This document shows positions 1-9,274 of a stretch of 64,000 nt of DNA, piece after piece. Source of the stretch: Deltaproteobacteria bacterium (lineage in GTDB: Bacteria; Desulfobacterota; GWC2-55-46); the NCBI GenBank assembly GCA_016177845.1, contig JACOUO010000011.1, forward strand, positions 512,326 to 576,325. The letters run 5' to 3'. Made by a program: the position numbers and the translations under genes. Under the pieces are notes generated by a model. That model did no database searches and was not told the origin of the DNA. It was given only the letters and a program-made list of their open reading frames with translations. Each line of letters opens with the position of its first letter. Within the stretch, counting starts at the first letter, position 1.

Positions 1-338
1 GCTATGAGCCTGCCGTTCACCAGTATTTCCATTGGTTCGCCTGCAAGCTTTTCAAGCTCTACAACAGAGCCCTGCCCGAGCTGAAGGAGGTCTTTCACGA
101 TCATCTTCGACCTGCCGATCTCAACCGCTATCGTTACCGGAATATCGAGTATCATGTCGAGGTTGCCGACAGACCCTGAGCTTTCGGCCCTGAGGGAACT
201 GAAGCTCGCGGGCCTTGAATTATCAGGCACGCTTGTCTTTGGAGCTGATTTCTGTGAAGTGGTCTGCTCCTCTGAAAAAGCCTCGCTCCACTGGTCGTCA
301 ATTGATTTATTTGTTGATGATTCCATTTCAGTGCTCAT
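1..338 (-). CDS. fliN: Flagellar motor switch protein FliN, partial (C-terminal part runs off the window edge)
   Basis: Manual minus-strand translation from the ATG at 338 gives MSTEMESSTNKSIDDQW...LDMILDIPVTIAVEIGRSKMIVKDLLQLGQGSVVELEKLAGEPMEILVNGRLIA, a typical FliN/SpoA motif. It sits immediately downstream of fliM, following the conserved fliL-M-N order. It is absent from the ORF track because no stop codon falls inside the window. Confidence 0.75.
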   Translation of the reverse strand, partial: MSTEMESSTNKSIDDQWSEAFSEEQTTSQKSAPKTSVPDNSRPASFSSLRAESSGSVGNLDMILDIPVTIAVEIGRSKMIVKDLLQLGQGSVVELEKLAGEPMEILVNGRLI

Positions 339-344
339 TGGCGC

Positions 345-1334
345 TTATCTCCTTTCAGTTATTGCTGATAAAATCTGCAATGCGTAGTGATTGTCTACCT
401 GGCCCGGCTTGGCAGTGAATTTTGAGATTCCTTCTACTTTCATCTCAAGCGGTTCTCTTGCCTTTCTGTTCAGCTGGATGACATCGCCTGCTTTAAGATT
501 GAGAAGCTCCGAAACATTTATCTGCGCCGTGCCTATCTCGCTTGATACCGTAAGCGGCACATAACCGAACTGTTCCCTGAAAAGTCCGCTCCAGTCCTTG
601 TCCTCTTCGTCTGCCTCTACCGCCTGCCCTCCGTAGAGCTTTTCCTTTATCGGCTCAAGAGTAGAATAAGGAAGGCAGAAGAAAAACCTATTTGATGCGG
701 ACTCGACTTCCATCCTGAAGGTGGAGACTATCACAGGCTCTGAATTGCCTACGATGTGTACGAACTGAGGGTTCATCTCCGACCTTGTCAGTTTGAATTC
801 AAGCGGGTGAACCGCCTTCCATACCTCGTTCATCTCATGGAAAATCACATCAACCACTTTTTTGATTACAGCCTGCTCTACATTGGTGAAATCCCTGCCC
901 TCTATCCTTGTATGGAACCTGCCGTCGCCTCCGAAGTAGCTGTCAACCAAAATAAATACAAGGCTCGGGTCTATAACAAGCATCCCCTGTCCCCTGAGTG
1001 GGAGAGGCTGGAAGACATTAAGGCTTGACGGGACCTGAAGATTTCTAAGGAACTCTTCGTATTTCATGGTCTTCACGCCTTCCGGGCTTACATCAACTGC
1101 TTTACGGAGGAGATTGAAAAGCGAGCTTCTCAGTGAGCGGCTGAACTTTTCATTGATCATATCAAGGGTCGGCATCTTGCCCCTGACTGTCCTCTCCTGC
1201 TTGGAGAAGTCATAGGGCTTTAAGGCTTCATCGATTATCTCTTCCTGCTTTTCAGCCTCTGTTTTGATATCGCCGTTGGACAGGCCCTTTAAGAGCGCGT
1301 CGACTTCAACCTGTGAAAGAATCTGTTCTGCCAT
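345..1334 (-). CDS. fliM: Flagellar motor switch protein FliM
   Basis: 329-aa ORF whose N-terminus MAEQILSQVEVDALL is typical of FliM. It sits between fliL and fliN. Confidence 0.9.
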   Translation of the reverse strand: MAEQILSQVEVDALLKGLSNGDIKTEAEKQEEIIDEALKPYDFSKQERTVRGKMPTLDMINEKFSRSLRSSLFNLLRKAVDVSPEGVKTMKYEEFLRNLQVPSSLNVFQPLPLRGQGMLVIDPSLVFILVDSYFGGDGRFHTRIEGRDFTNVEQAVIKKVVDVIFHEMNEVWKAVHPLEFKLTRSEMNPQFVHIVGNSEPVIVSTFRMEVESASNRFFFCLPYSTLEPIKEKLYGGQAVEADEEDKDWSGLFREQFGYVPLTVSSEIGTAQINVSELLNLKAGDVIQLNRKAREPLEMKVEGISKFTAKPGQVDNHYALQILSAITERR

Positions 1335-1364
1335 CTATCTTCTCCTGGCTCCGTAAGTGCCGGC

Positions 1365-1886
1365 CTACTGTATTACGAACTCTGTAAAAAAGGCTGTCTT
1401 GACCTTTGTCTTTGTAAGGAACTGATTGACCCTTGAGATTATCTCGTCCCTCATCTGATATTTCCCTTCAACAGTGCCTATATCAGAATAGCTTTTGCTG
1501 CTCAGAAGTATTATGAGAGAGTCCCTTATCTGCGGGGCCTGATTTATAAGCTCGGATGTTGATGAATTCGGCGGCAGCTCAAGATTGACCGTAAGTTTCA
1601 GGTATCTTGTGCCCGAGTTATCCTGAAGATTTACGATAAAAGGCTCAAGGCTGAATATCGAGCCCGCAGCCGGAGTCTTAGCGTCCCCATGCCCGCCTTC
1701 TGCCGCGGGTTCCTCGGCCTCAGCTGCTGCCTCGCCGTGCGGGGCTGAAGACTTCTTCATAAATAAGAAGCCCCCGACTCCAAGCCCTATCAGAACCACA
1801 GCTATGATTCCGATGAGGAGCCCTTTTTTCTTTTTGGGCGGCTGCGGAGCTTCTTCCTTTTTTGTATCTTTCTCTTCTGCTGCCAT
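1365..1886 (-). CDS. fliL: Flagellar basal-body-associated protein FliL
   Basis: 173 aa with a Lys-rich N-terminus, one transmembrane helix and the FliL-like motif LEPFIVNLQD...RYLKLTVNLEL. An AAGGAGG ribosome-binding site lies 7 nt upstream of the ATG. Confidence 0.8.
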   Translation of the reverse strand: MAAEEKDTKKEEAPQPPKKKKGLLIGIIAVVLIGLGVGGFLFMKKSSAPHGEAAAEAEEPAAEGGHGDAKTPAAGSIFSLEPFIVNLQDNSGTRYLKLTVNLELPPNSSTSELINQAPQIRDSLIILLSSKSYSDIGTVEGKYQMRDEIISRVNQFLTKTKVKTAFFTEFVIQ

Positions 1887-1949
1887 ATTGCTTCCTCCTT
1901 AAGATGCCTTTAAACCCATATGGATTAGTTTGGGTTGCAACCTAAGTTT

Positions 1950-1964
1950 GCAATAGCCGTGCCA
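1950..1964 (-). promoter_or_regulatory. Sigma-54 (-24/-12) promoter for fliLMN
   Basis: The minus strand reads cTGGCACggctaTTGCa, matching the TGGCAC-N5-TTGC consensus exactly. It lies about 50 nt upstream of the fliL ATG and about 290 nt downstream of the flgE stop. Confidence 0.55.
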
Positions 1965-2173
1965 GAGATAAAAAGCTTTAAAAAAGCCAGCTAACTATCT
2001 GAATAAATTATGAAAATCAAAAACTACTCAGACACTTGTTCAGGAAAGCAGACACTTGAACTTGATTAAAGTCAAAGGTTTGGATGTAAGGGCGTCATTA
2101 ATATGACTGTAAAAAGGAAGAACGGGGCCGGCAATGCTGCGCCAAGCCCCGTTCAGGAGGAGGTTAGTTCAGA

Positions 2174-3835
2174 TTAACGCTTAAGCTGTGAAAGTTCGGC
2201 AAGAAGCTCATCTGTTGTAGTGATTACCTTTGAGTTAGCCTGGAAGCCTCTCTGGGCAGTGATCATATCAACAAATTCCTGGGCAAGGTCGACATTTGAA
2301 AGCTCAAGGGTGCTTGCCTGTACCAGGCCCCTTCCTGAGCTGCCGGGCGCGCCGATCAAGGGCTGGCCTGAGTCATATGTTTCCTTGTAGAGGTTCATGC
2401 CCGCGCTTGACAGACCTACCGGGCTTGCGAAGTCAGCCAAAAGGACTTGACCGAGCGTAAGGTCCTTTCCGTTTGAGAAAATACCGCTGATAACGCCGTC
2501 CTGGTCAACCCCCATCCTCTGAAGAGTGCCTGATGAGTAACCGTCCTGCGTAAGGGCTGAGATGCCTGAAGTTGTTCCGTACTGTGTTGTGCCGTCAGTG
2601 CCTGTGCCTGCCTGTGCGATACTGTTGCCGAAATCGAATGAGATTATCTGGCTCTGAAGCGCGCCTCCGGTAAAATTAAATCCGCCGTAAGGGTATGTAA
2701 CTCCTGTTTCAGAGTAAAGCGCTCCGCTTGTATTAAAGGATATCGTGCCTTTAGCCTGTATCTCGGTTGCTCCGCTTGTGGTGTCAGTGCCGTCGACTAC
2801 GGCGTACCAGTCCCAGTTATTTCCTACAGAGCCGAGGGAATCCTTCCTGAAGTACAAGGTCACAACATGGTCATTTCCAAGTGAGTCATATACTGTGACA
2901 GGGGTTGAGAAATTCGATGTATCTCCCGCTTTTCCAAGGAAAAAATCACCTGCTGCCACATCGCTTGCATTGCTTGAGCCTGCGGCTATGGCCCCTGAGC
3001 TTACTGCGTTATGCCCGAGAATGGTTGATGCGGTTGAAAGCGGGCTGCTCCAGTCAAGAACAAGCGTTCCGGCGTTGCCGGTGTTATTGGTTACGGAGAA
3101 AAGACCTGTCTGGTCGTCATAACTTACATCATAGGTATCAGTGTTGCCGTTCCTGGCTTCAAGCGCTGACTTAATCGAGGCGGCTATGGAACTTCCTGAA
3201 TATGCGCTGCCTGAAGAAAGGCCTCCGTCAGAGACGAGGCTTGCGTTGAACCATGTCGTGCCGCCGTCTACGCTGAAGTTAATGGCGTCATTTGTCCCTG
3301 ATGTAATAACAAAGCCGGGAATTGAGGCATTCGAGTCAAGGCTTGCGGTAAGCGTTGCGTTTGTTGTGGCATTGGGGGCTATTGTCTTGGTTGTAAGCTG
3401 AAGGTCCTGAACCGTATTCTGGAGGGCCCCTGCGGAATTTGCCATGTAACCCTGAAGCCTTAAGCCTTCGGGATTTGTGATATAGCCGTCCTTGTCTGTT
3501 GTAAACTGGCCTGCCCTTGAATAATATGTTGAATTAAGGACCGGGTCTTTTACCATGTAAAAGCCGCTTCCGCTTATTGCCATGTCAAGGGAGTTACCTG
3601 TTGTCTCAAAGGCCCCCTGGCTGAATATCTTCTGTATGCTGCTCATCTTTACGCCGAGGCCTATCTGATTGGTGCCTGTGCCGCCTGAGAGGGTCTGGCT
3701 CAAGACATCATCAAATATTACCCTGCTGCCTTTAAATCCTACCGTGTTCACATTCGCTATATTGTTGCCTACTACCGAGAGCTTTGACATATTGGCGTTA
3801 AGGCCGCTGATACCTGTGTATAAAGATGACTGCAT
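2174..3835 (-). CDS. flgE: Flagellar hook protein FlgE
   Basis: 553 aa. The N-terminus MQSSLYTGISGLNANMSKLSVVGNNIANVNTVGFK and the C-terminus ...DLAQEFVDMITAQRGFQANSKVITTTDELLAELSQLKR are the conserved rod/hook terminal domains. Confidence 0.9.
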   Translation of the reverse strand: MQSSLYTGISGLNANMSKLSVVGNNIANVNTVGFKGSRVIFDDVLSQTLSGGTGTNQIGLGVKMSSIQKIFSQGAFETTGNSLDMAISGSGFYMVKDPVLNSTYYSRAGQFTTDKDGYITNPEGLRLQGYMANSAGALQNTVQDLQLTTKTIAPNATTNATLTASLDSNASIPGFVITSGTNDAINFSVDGGTTWFNASLVSDGGLSSGSAYSGSSIAASIKSALEARNGNTDTYDVSYDDQTGLFSVTNNTGNAGTLVLDWSSPLSTASTILGHNAVSSGAIAAGSSNASDVAAGDFFLGKAGDTSNFSTPVTVYDSLGNDHVVTLYFRKDSLGSVGNNWDWYAVVDGTDTTSGATEIQAKGTISFNTSGALYSETGVTYPYGGFNFTGGALQSQIISFDFGNSIAQAGTGTDGTTQYGTTSGISALTQDGYSSGTLQRMGVDQDGVISGIFSNGKDLTLGQVLLADFASPVGLSSAGMNLYKETYDSGQPLIGAPGSSGRGLVQASTLELSNVDLAQEFVDMITAQRGFQANSKVITTTDELLAELSQLKR

Positions 3836-3857
3836 GAGATTATATCCTCCTCTATCC

Positions 3858-4505
3858 TTAATAGATTTCTTTTATTTTATCCTGTGTGATTGTCGAGCCG
3901 CCTACAAGTAAGCTGGCTGAGCCTGAATCAAAGCTCACGCTTGAGGCTGTGCCCCTTATGTAGGTCGTTGTATCTACCGCATTATTTACGGAATCTTTTG
4001 CGTTCACGCTGAATGTGTACCTGCCGTTTGCCGCCGGATTACCGCTGAAATCCTTTCCGTCCCATGCTGCCTCATAGTCCCCTTTTTTGCTTGAACCGAG
4101 GTCGATTGAATTTACAAGCTTACCCTTCGGGTCATATACTGATATGGAAAGCGAATCCGCGTCTTCCGCGACCGTGAAAGGCAGATTTACGGGACTGCCT
4201 GAGTAATCAAACTCATTGCCCTCTGCTTTTATGTTCCTGCCTATAAGGTTGGCTGTTGAGTAATTCTGCAGGGAAGTTATGCTTCCTGTAGCTGATTCCA
4301 TTGTAGTATTAAGATTTGTTATGCCTTCAAGCGAACTGAACTGGGCCAACTGAGCTACAAACTGGGTATTATCAGTAGGCTCAAGAGGGTCCTGGTTCTC
4401 AAGCTGGGCTACGAGGAGCTTAAGAAAATCGTCTTTGCCCATGGTCTGGCTTGAGGCCGAACTTGTCAAAGCGCTTGAAGTTGTCGAATTTACGCTGTCT
4501 ATCAT
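3858..4505 (-). CDS. flgD: Flagellar hook capping/assembly protein FlgD
   Basis: 215 aa containing the FlgD motif DFLKLLVAQLENQDPLEPTDNTQFVAQLAQFSSLEG. It lies between fliK and flgE. Confidence 0.8.
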   Translation of the reverse strand: MIDSVNSTTSSALTSSASSQTMGKDDFLKLLVAQLENQDPLEPTDNTQFVAQLAQFSSLEGITNLNTTMESATGSITSLQNYSTANLIGRNIKAEGNEFDYSGSPVNLPFTVAEDADSLSISVYDPKGKLVNSIDLGSSKKGDYEAAWDGKDFSGNPAANGRYTFSVNAKDSVNNAVDTTTYIRGTASSVSFDSGSASLLVGGSTITQDKIKEIY

Positions 4506-4525
4506 CAGATGAACTCCTTTCAGGC

Positions 4526-5962
4526 TTAAATGAAAATGTCCACGCCGTTTTGCAGGCTGCGGTTTACTCCGTACTGCCTTATGTTCTCAGGCTCAATGCC
4601 CGCCTCTTCCTTACCGTAATTGAAAGCGGCCTGTCCTTTAAAGTTCCCTGCCCTCTCCCATTCATTGCCTGATGACCTGTTGTCAGACATCTGAAAGCCC
4701 TGCTGGTTTACTTCGACCGTGTATTTCTCAAGGTTCATCCCGTTCTGGGTGAATATTTCCTTGACCTTCGCAGAGTCAGCCTCAAGAATGGATTTTACTG
4801 AGGCGTTATCGACCATAATCTCGGCCTTTACGATATTCTCCTCAACATTCATCTTTATGCGAAGCTCTCCAAGATGTTCAGGGTGTAGGCTTAACTTCAC
4901 TTCCTTGCCGCTCTGGGCAAGGCTCATCTTAAGCCCCTTGTCAAACTTCTCATATACCTCTGTGCTGACCTCATTTGAATGAATTGCCTGAGACTTAGGC
5001 TGCACTGCTGTAACGGTCTTTTCACCATTGGTATTATTGACTGCGGAAAACGCATCTTTAGGCATTGCGTCAGATGTTTTGGGCTCTGATTTTATCTCTG
5101 TATCGCTGACACTGAATTCAGGCGCCTTCTCATTCATTTTCACGGACTGCTCTGCCTGGGTGGCTGCATTTTCGCCCTGATCAAAAGAAGTCTCTGAATC
5201 TTTATTTTCAGGTGCGCCTGCTATCTTTTTCTCCACAGGCTCTGTTGAAAATTCTTTTGTTTTTACTTCTGTTTCAGTTCCTTTTTTAGAATTGTTTTCA
5301 ACTTTTATCTCAGGCAATTCGACAGCCTGCTCTGAGGCCAACACACTATTTCCAGTTTCTTTAAGCGCTTTGTCTTCACCAGATAAATCTGCTGTAGAAA
5401 GTTCTGTTTTTGTATTCAGGCTAAAGCCTGTTACTTCAGGAATTGGAAACCCTGTAATATCCTCCTGAGGCATATTGGCGGGAGCCTTTAAATCGTTCTC
5501 AGGTTTCATATCAACTCCCTTGAGATCTCCCAAAGGTGTCCTGGAAATTTTTATACTATTATCAATCTGATTTACCGGAGGCAGGAACAGGATAAGGGCG
5601 TTTGCGGTTTCACCTTCGTCGCCTTTTTTATCCTCTGCCTCTGTTCCTGAATCTGCATTAAGCTTTTGCTCTGCCTCAGTCTCTCCCGCAGTCATTTCAG
5701 TCAGAAGAGTGCCTTCGAGAACTGCCTGATTCGTCTTTGTGCCCTGTTTAACTTCATCTTCTGCCGCGGCAGCCTTAAGCGCAATCTCAATGGTTATGCC
5801 GGTTTTCATGCCAGCTTCGGATATCGCATTCCCGATAACATCGGAGAACTTCTCATCAGTGTTGTTTTTAACATTGTTCTCTGAGGTTTTGGCCTCTTTA
5901 GCAGTCTGCGGTTTTGCCGGTTCGAAAAAACTCACTTCCATATCCACCTTCTTTAAAATCAT
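4526..5962 (-). CDS. fliK: Flagellar hook-length control protein FliK (low-complexity, acidic)
   Basis: 478 aa with a Glu/Lys/Thr-rich central region. The conserved C-terminal Flg_hook-like domain reads LSLHPEHLGELRIKMNVEENIVKAEIMVDNASVKSILEADSAKVKEIF. It is located upstream of flgD-flgE. The true start may be the internal M at 5941, which has an AAGGTGG ribosome-binding site. Confidence 0.7.
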   Translation of the reverse strand: MILKKVDMEVSFFEPAKPQTAKEAKTSENNVKNNTDEKFSDVIGNAISEAGMKTGITIEIALKAAAAEDEVKQGTKTNQAVLEGTLLTEMTAGETEAEQKLNADSGTEAEDKKGDEGETANALILFLPPVNQIDNSIKISRTPLGDLKGVDMKPENDLKAPANMPQEDITGFPIPEVTGFSLNTKTELSTADLSGEDKALKETGNSVLASEQAVELPEIKVENNSKKGTETEVKTKEFSTEPVEKKIAGAPENKDSETSFDQGENAATQAEQSVKMNEKAPEFSVSDTEIKSEPKTSDAMPKDAFSAVNNTNGEKTVTAVQPKSQAIHSNEVSTEVYEKFDKGLKMSLAQSGKEVKLSLHPEHLGELRIKMNVEENIVKAEIMVDNASVKSILEADSAKVKEIFTQNGMNLEKYTVEVNQQGFQMSDNRSSGNEWERAGNFKGQAAFNYGKEEAGIEPENIRQYGVNRSLQNGVDIFI

Positions 5963-5987
5963 GTAATACTGTCAGGCATATTAAATA

Positions 5988-6002
5988 GCAATACCCGTGC
6001 CA
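5988..6002 (-). promoter_or_regulatory. Sigma-54 (-24/-12) promoter for fliK-flgD-flgE
   Basis: The minus strand reads cTGGCACgggtaTTGCt, a perfect TGGCAC-N5-TTGC match, 26-40 nt upstream of the fliK start. Confidence 0.55.
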
Positions 6003-6262
6003 AGTCTCCTATTTTGAAATATCTTATATAATCAACTACTTACAAACACCATCATAGACAGAGTGATTCATGGTGTCTTTTCAAGGAAGGCAAAATTTTC
6101 CCCTTCAGAGAAGTTTTTTCCCGTTCTCAGAAATACGGCAGTAACGGTTCAATTTACGGGTGAAGAGCCGAAATAAAATACGGGAATAATTCATCCCCGA
6201 AGAATGCGCTTTGGAAACAAGATTATTTTAAAACTGCTTATTTTGGGGTTTGATAAGGAGGC

Positions 6263-6287
6263 GCAGGGCGCTGGCGGGGCGCCCTGC
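6263..6287. terminator. GC-rich perfect hairpin (9-bp stem, 7-nt loop) downstream of the ylxF-like gene; possible terminator or RNA-stability element
   Basis: gcagggcgc-tggcggg-gcgccctgc. On the minus strand it lacks a following U-tract. On the plus strand it is followed by ttgctttgt. Confidence 0.3.
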
Positions 6288-6325
6288 TTGCTTTGTGGCG
6301 GGTACTGCTGGAGGTAGAGCAACTA

Positions 6326-6868
6326 TCAATTCTTTATCTTCAGGGACTTGCTGAGCTTTACTGATTTATCAAGTTCAACAAGGCCGAGTATCTTTGCTGC
6401 CTTCTTTTCGCTCAGAGATGAGAGGATAAGCACTGCCATATCCTCATCGAGTTTTTCTATCCTTGTTGCCGCCTCTTCAGGGGCCATTGTTCCGTAAATC
6501 TTTACTATCCTCTTGACCCTCTCGTCATTGACTTCGTCAATCTTCTTTGTAAAAGCCTCTATCCTGCCGTGGATTGAATTAAGCTCCGCTATTCTGGAGT
6601 CTATATCGCTCTTTATCACAAGAAGCCTTTCTTCCTTGACCCTCAGTTCCTCTTCCTTTGCGTCAAGCTCCTTCTGCCTTCTGTTTAAAGCAGCAATAAG
6701 GCCTTTCTCGTTTTCAGCCTGCGTATCAGATACCGGCGGCTTTACCTTTACCTCAGCCGGTGTTTCAGCCAAAACAGACTTGGCCTTGAACACATCCCAG
6801 CCAAATGTGAACCATATGGCTATAAGAATCATCTTTACCGCGAAAAGGATTAAAAGCTTGGTTCTCAT
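6326..6868 (-). CDS. Flagellar protein with an MgtE-N-like domain (YlxF/FlbB-like)
   Basis: 180 aa with an N-terminal transmembrane helix and a coiled-coil region, then a C-terminal segment resembling the MgtE intracellular N domain (VKRIVKIYGTMAPEEAATRIEKLDEDMAVLILSSLSEKKAAKIL). Its position after fliJ mirrors the Bacillus fliI-fliJ-ylxF order. Confidence 0.5.
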   Translation of the reverse strand: MRTKLLILFAVKMILIAIWFTFGWDVFKAKSVLAETPAEVKVKPPVSDTQAENEKGLIAALNRRQKELDAKEEELRVKEERLLVIKSDIDSRIAELNSIHGRIEAFTKKIDEVNDERVKRIVKIYGTMAPEEAATRIEKLDEDMAVLILSSLSEKKAAKILGLVELDKSVKLSKSLKIKN

Positions 6869-7311
6869 ACTCCGCTCCGTTTAAACCTGCTTGTCACAAG
6901 GTCGTCGTTTGTCTTCTGCTCTTCCTTGTTAAGTGCGTGGTTATAAATATCGAGGTGTTTTTCCTTTATTACTTCTATAACCTTGGTGCTTTTTGTTGAT
7001 TCAAGAAGCTCTGACCTCTTTTTTTCAAAAGCGGCCCTGACGCTGTTTATGATAATCCCCTGTTGGTCAATATGCCTTTTAAGCCCTGCTATATAATCAT
7101 AATAAAGGTGAAGGTCTTTGACCTCCTCGGACCTTTCTTTCATATCATCGATCTCGTTGCAGGATTTCCTGTGTAAATCCTTAAGGGCCTGTAGCTTTGT
7201 TTCCTCTTCTTCGAGCTTCTTTGAGGCCTCTCCGAATTCCTTCTGACAAAGTTCCTGAAGCCTCTGCCTGTACTCATATAACGGTTCAAGTTTGAAAACG
7301 AATTTATTCAT
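6865..7311 (-). CDS. fliJ: Flagellar export chaperone FliJ
   Basis: 148-aa coiled-coil protein immediately downstream of fliI. Its stop overlaps the start of the next gene. Confidence 0.6.
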   Translation of the reverse strand: MNKFVFKLEPLYEYRQRLQELCQKEFGEASKKLEEEETKLQALKDLHRKSCNEIDDMKERSEEVKDLHLYYDYIAGLKRHIDQQGIIINSVRAAFEKKRSELLESTKSTKVIEVIKEKHLDIYNHALNKEEQKTNDDLVTSRFKRSGV

Positions 7312-7317
7312 ACGGCC

Positions 7318-8643
7318 TTAAACGGGAAGCCCGAAAAGCTGCTGCAGGCTGTCTTCGTAATTTACTCCTTCAGTCACATCCTGTCTTAAAAAACTGTTCA
7401 CCTTATCGATTACCTTTATGGCGTGGTCGACCCTGGGGTCGCTGCCTTCCTTGTAAGCTCCTATGCTGACGATATCATACGCCTTCTTGTATGTTGCAAG
7501 CACTGACCTCAGCTTCATCGCGAACTGCCTGTGCTCAGGCGTCACGATGTCTATCATCACCCTGCTTACGCTTGTGAGTATGTCTATGGCAGGGTAATGG
7601 CCCTGAGCCGCCAAATCCCTTGTAAGCACAATGTGCCCGTCGATTATTGAGCGGACGCAGTCCGCAACAGGGTCGTTCACATCATCGCCTTCAGCGAGTA
7701 TCGTATAAAACCCGGTAATGCTTCCGCTCCCGCTCGAAGTCCCTGCCCTTTCAAGCAGCCTTGGGAGCATCGCAAATACAGAGGGCGGATAACCCTTTGT
7801 CGCGGGAGGCTCTCCTACAGCGAGCCCCACTTCCCTCTGCGCCATCGCAAATCTTGAAATGGAGTCCATCATCAAAAGCACATCACAGCCTATATCCCTG
7901 AAATACTCGGCAATGGCGGTAGCCATCAAGGACGCCCTCATTCTGATAAGCGGGGGCTGGTCTGAAGTTGCCACTATCAGGACAGACCTTTTAAGTCCCT
8001 CTTCGCCAAGGTCTTTCTCTATGAATTCCTTTACTTCCCTGCCGCGCTCTCCGATAAGCGCAATGACATTGACATCGGCTTCAGTGTTCCTTGCCATCAT
8101 GCCCATGAGCACGCTTTTGCCCACGCCGCTGCCTGCGAAGATGCCGACCCTCTGCCCCTTACCGACTGAAAGAACAGAGTTGATTGCCTTTATGCCTACA
8201 TTCAACGGCTTCTCTATCCTCTTGCGTGACAAAGGGCTTGGAGGCGCCGCGTAAAGCGGATATTCCTTTTCCACTTCAACAGGCCCGAGCCCGTCCATAG
8301 GGTTGCCAAGCCCGTCAAGCGTGCGTCCGAGCAGTTTTCTGCCCACTCCCACAGCCGCGCTATTTCTTTTGGCTACAATTTTGCTTCCCGGCCCTATGCC
8401 CCTTACTTCGCCAAGCGGCATAAGCAGTATCTTGTCATCGGCAAACCCCACCACTTCGCACTGAATGGGACTGCCGTTATCCTTCGGGTACACATGGCAG
8501 AACTCTCCGACTGATGCGCCTGGGCCTAAGCCTTCCATAACAAGGCCTACTATCCTTGTTATCCTGCCGTTCACCTTCAGCGGATTGCACTGCTCAACTG
8601 CCTTTGTGTATTTATTTAAAGATACGGCAAGCTCTCTATGCAT
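7318..8643 (-). CDS. fliI: Flagellum-specific ATP synthase FliI
   Basis: 441 aa with Walker A GSGVGKSVL and a Walker B motif. It is an F1/T3SS-type ATPase with the N-terminal FliI domain. Confidence 0.95.
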   Translation of the reverse strand: MHRELAVSLNKYTKAVEQCNPLKVNGRITRIVGLVMEGLGPGASVGEFCHVYPKDNGSPIQCEVVGFADDKILLMPLGEVRGIGPGSKIVAKRNSAAVGVGRKLLGRTLDGLGNPMDGLGPVEVEKEYPLYAAPPSPLSRKRIEKPLNVGIKAINSVLSVGKGQRVGIFAGSGVGKSVLMGMMARNTEADVNVIALIGERGREVKEFIEKDLGEEGLKRSVLIVATSDQPPLIRMRASLMATAIAEYFRDIGCDVLLMMDSISRFAMAQREVGLAVGEPPATKGYPPSVFAMLPRLLERAGTSSGSGSITGFYTILAEGDDVNDPVADCVRSIIDGHIVLTRDLAAQGHYPAIDILTSVSRVMIDIVTPEHRQFAMKLRSVLATYKKAYDIVSIGAYKEGSDPRVDHAIKVIDKVNSFLRQDVTEGVNYEDSLQQLFGLPV

Positions 8644-9274
8644 TTCTGAGCCTTCCCTCTACCTCTTCCATCATCGATGTGATGGTAGCGTCTATCTCGC
8701 CGTAATTCGTATCTATGAGGCAGCCGCCTCTGGAAAGATTATCATTCTCTTCGATGGTTATTCCTTTAAGCCCGTCAACATGCTTGAGCAGCTCTGCCTT
8801 GTGCTGCTGAAGTATCTCAAAGTCCTTCGGGTTCACCTTAACGGTTATCTCCCCTCCTCCGACAACTGCCTTAAGAGCGGTCCTGACACAATCAAGCACT
8901 AACTCTTGCCTCTGTTCGGTCTCGTTCTGGATAACTTTTTTCGCAATCGCAAGGCTAAGCTCAACAATTTCTTTCTCTGAGCTTTTATAAAGCGTCTCCT
9001 TAAAAGAACCGAGCTCGCTTATTATATTGGAAAGGCCGCTGAAGAGCGCCTCTGCCTTTTGCCTGCCGAACTCAAAGCCTGCCTTCTCACCTGCGCTGAA
9101 ACCTGTTTCATAGGCGAGCCTCTCGATTGCCTCGATATCGGTGCCTACCTTTTCAGGCTGGGTTTCCATCTCGATATCCTCTTCGATTACAAATGCCTCG
9201 CCGAGGCTTTCCAATATAAACGGTTCGGCATTGACTGAAACGGTTGTATGCTTAAATATTCTAGATAAGGACAT
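8636..9274 (-). CDS. fliH: Flagellar assembly protein FliH
   Basis: 212 aa with an acidic N-terminus. It lies between fliG and fliI and overlaps fliI by 8 nt. Confidence 0.7.
   Translation of the reverse strand: MSLSRIFKHTTVSVNAEPFILESLGEAFVIEEDIEMETQPEKVGTDIEAIERLAYETGFSAGEKAGFEFGRQKAEALFSGLSNIISELGSFKETLYKSSEKEIVELSLAIAKKVIQNETEQRQELVLDCVRTALKAVVGGGEITVKVNPKDFEILQQHKAELLKHVDGLKGITIEENDNLSRGGCLIDTNYGEIDATITSMMEEVEGRLRNA

Noticed and set aside
2745-3401. Several 86-125 aa plus-strand ORFs inside flgE
   Set aside because: They are antisense to a highly conserved flagellar hook gene and have no ribosome-binding sites. They are artefacts of a long GC-balanced coding region. The same applies to the antisense ORFs inside fliG, fliF, selA, leuS, proA, proB and the GAF gene.
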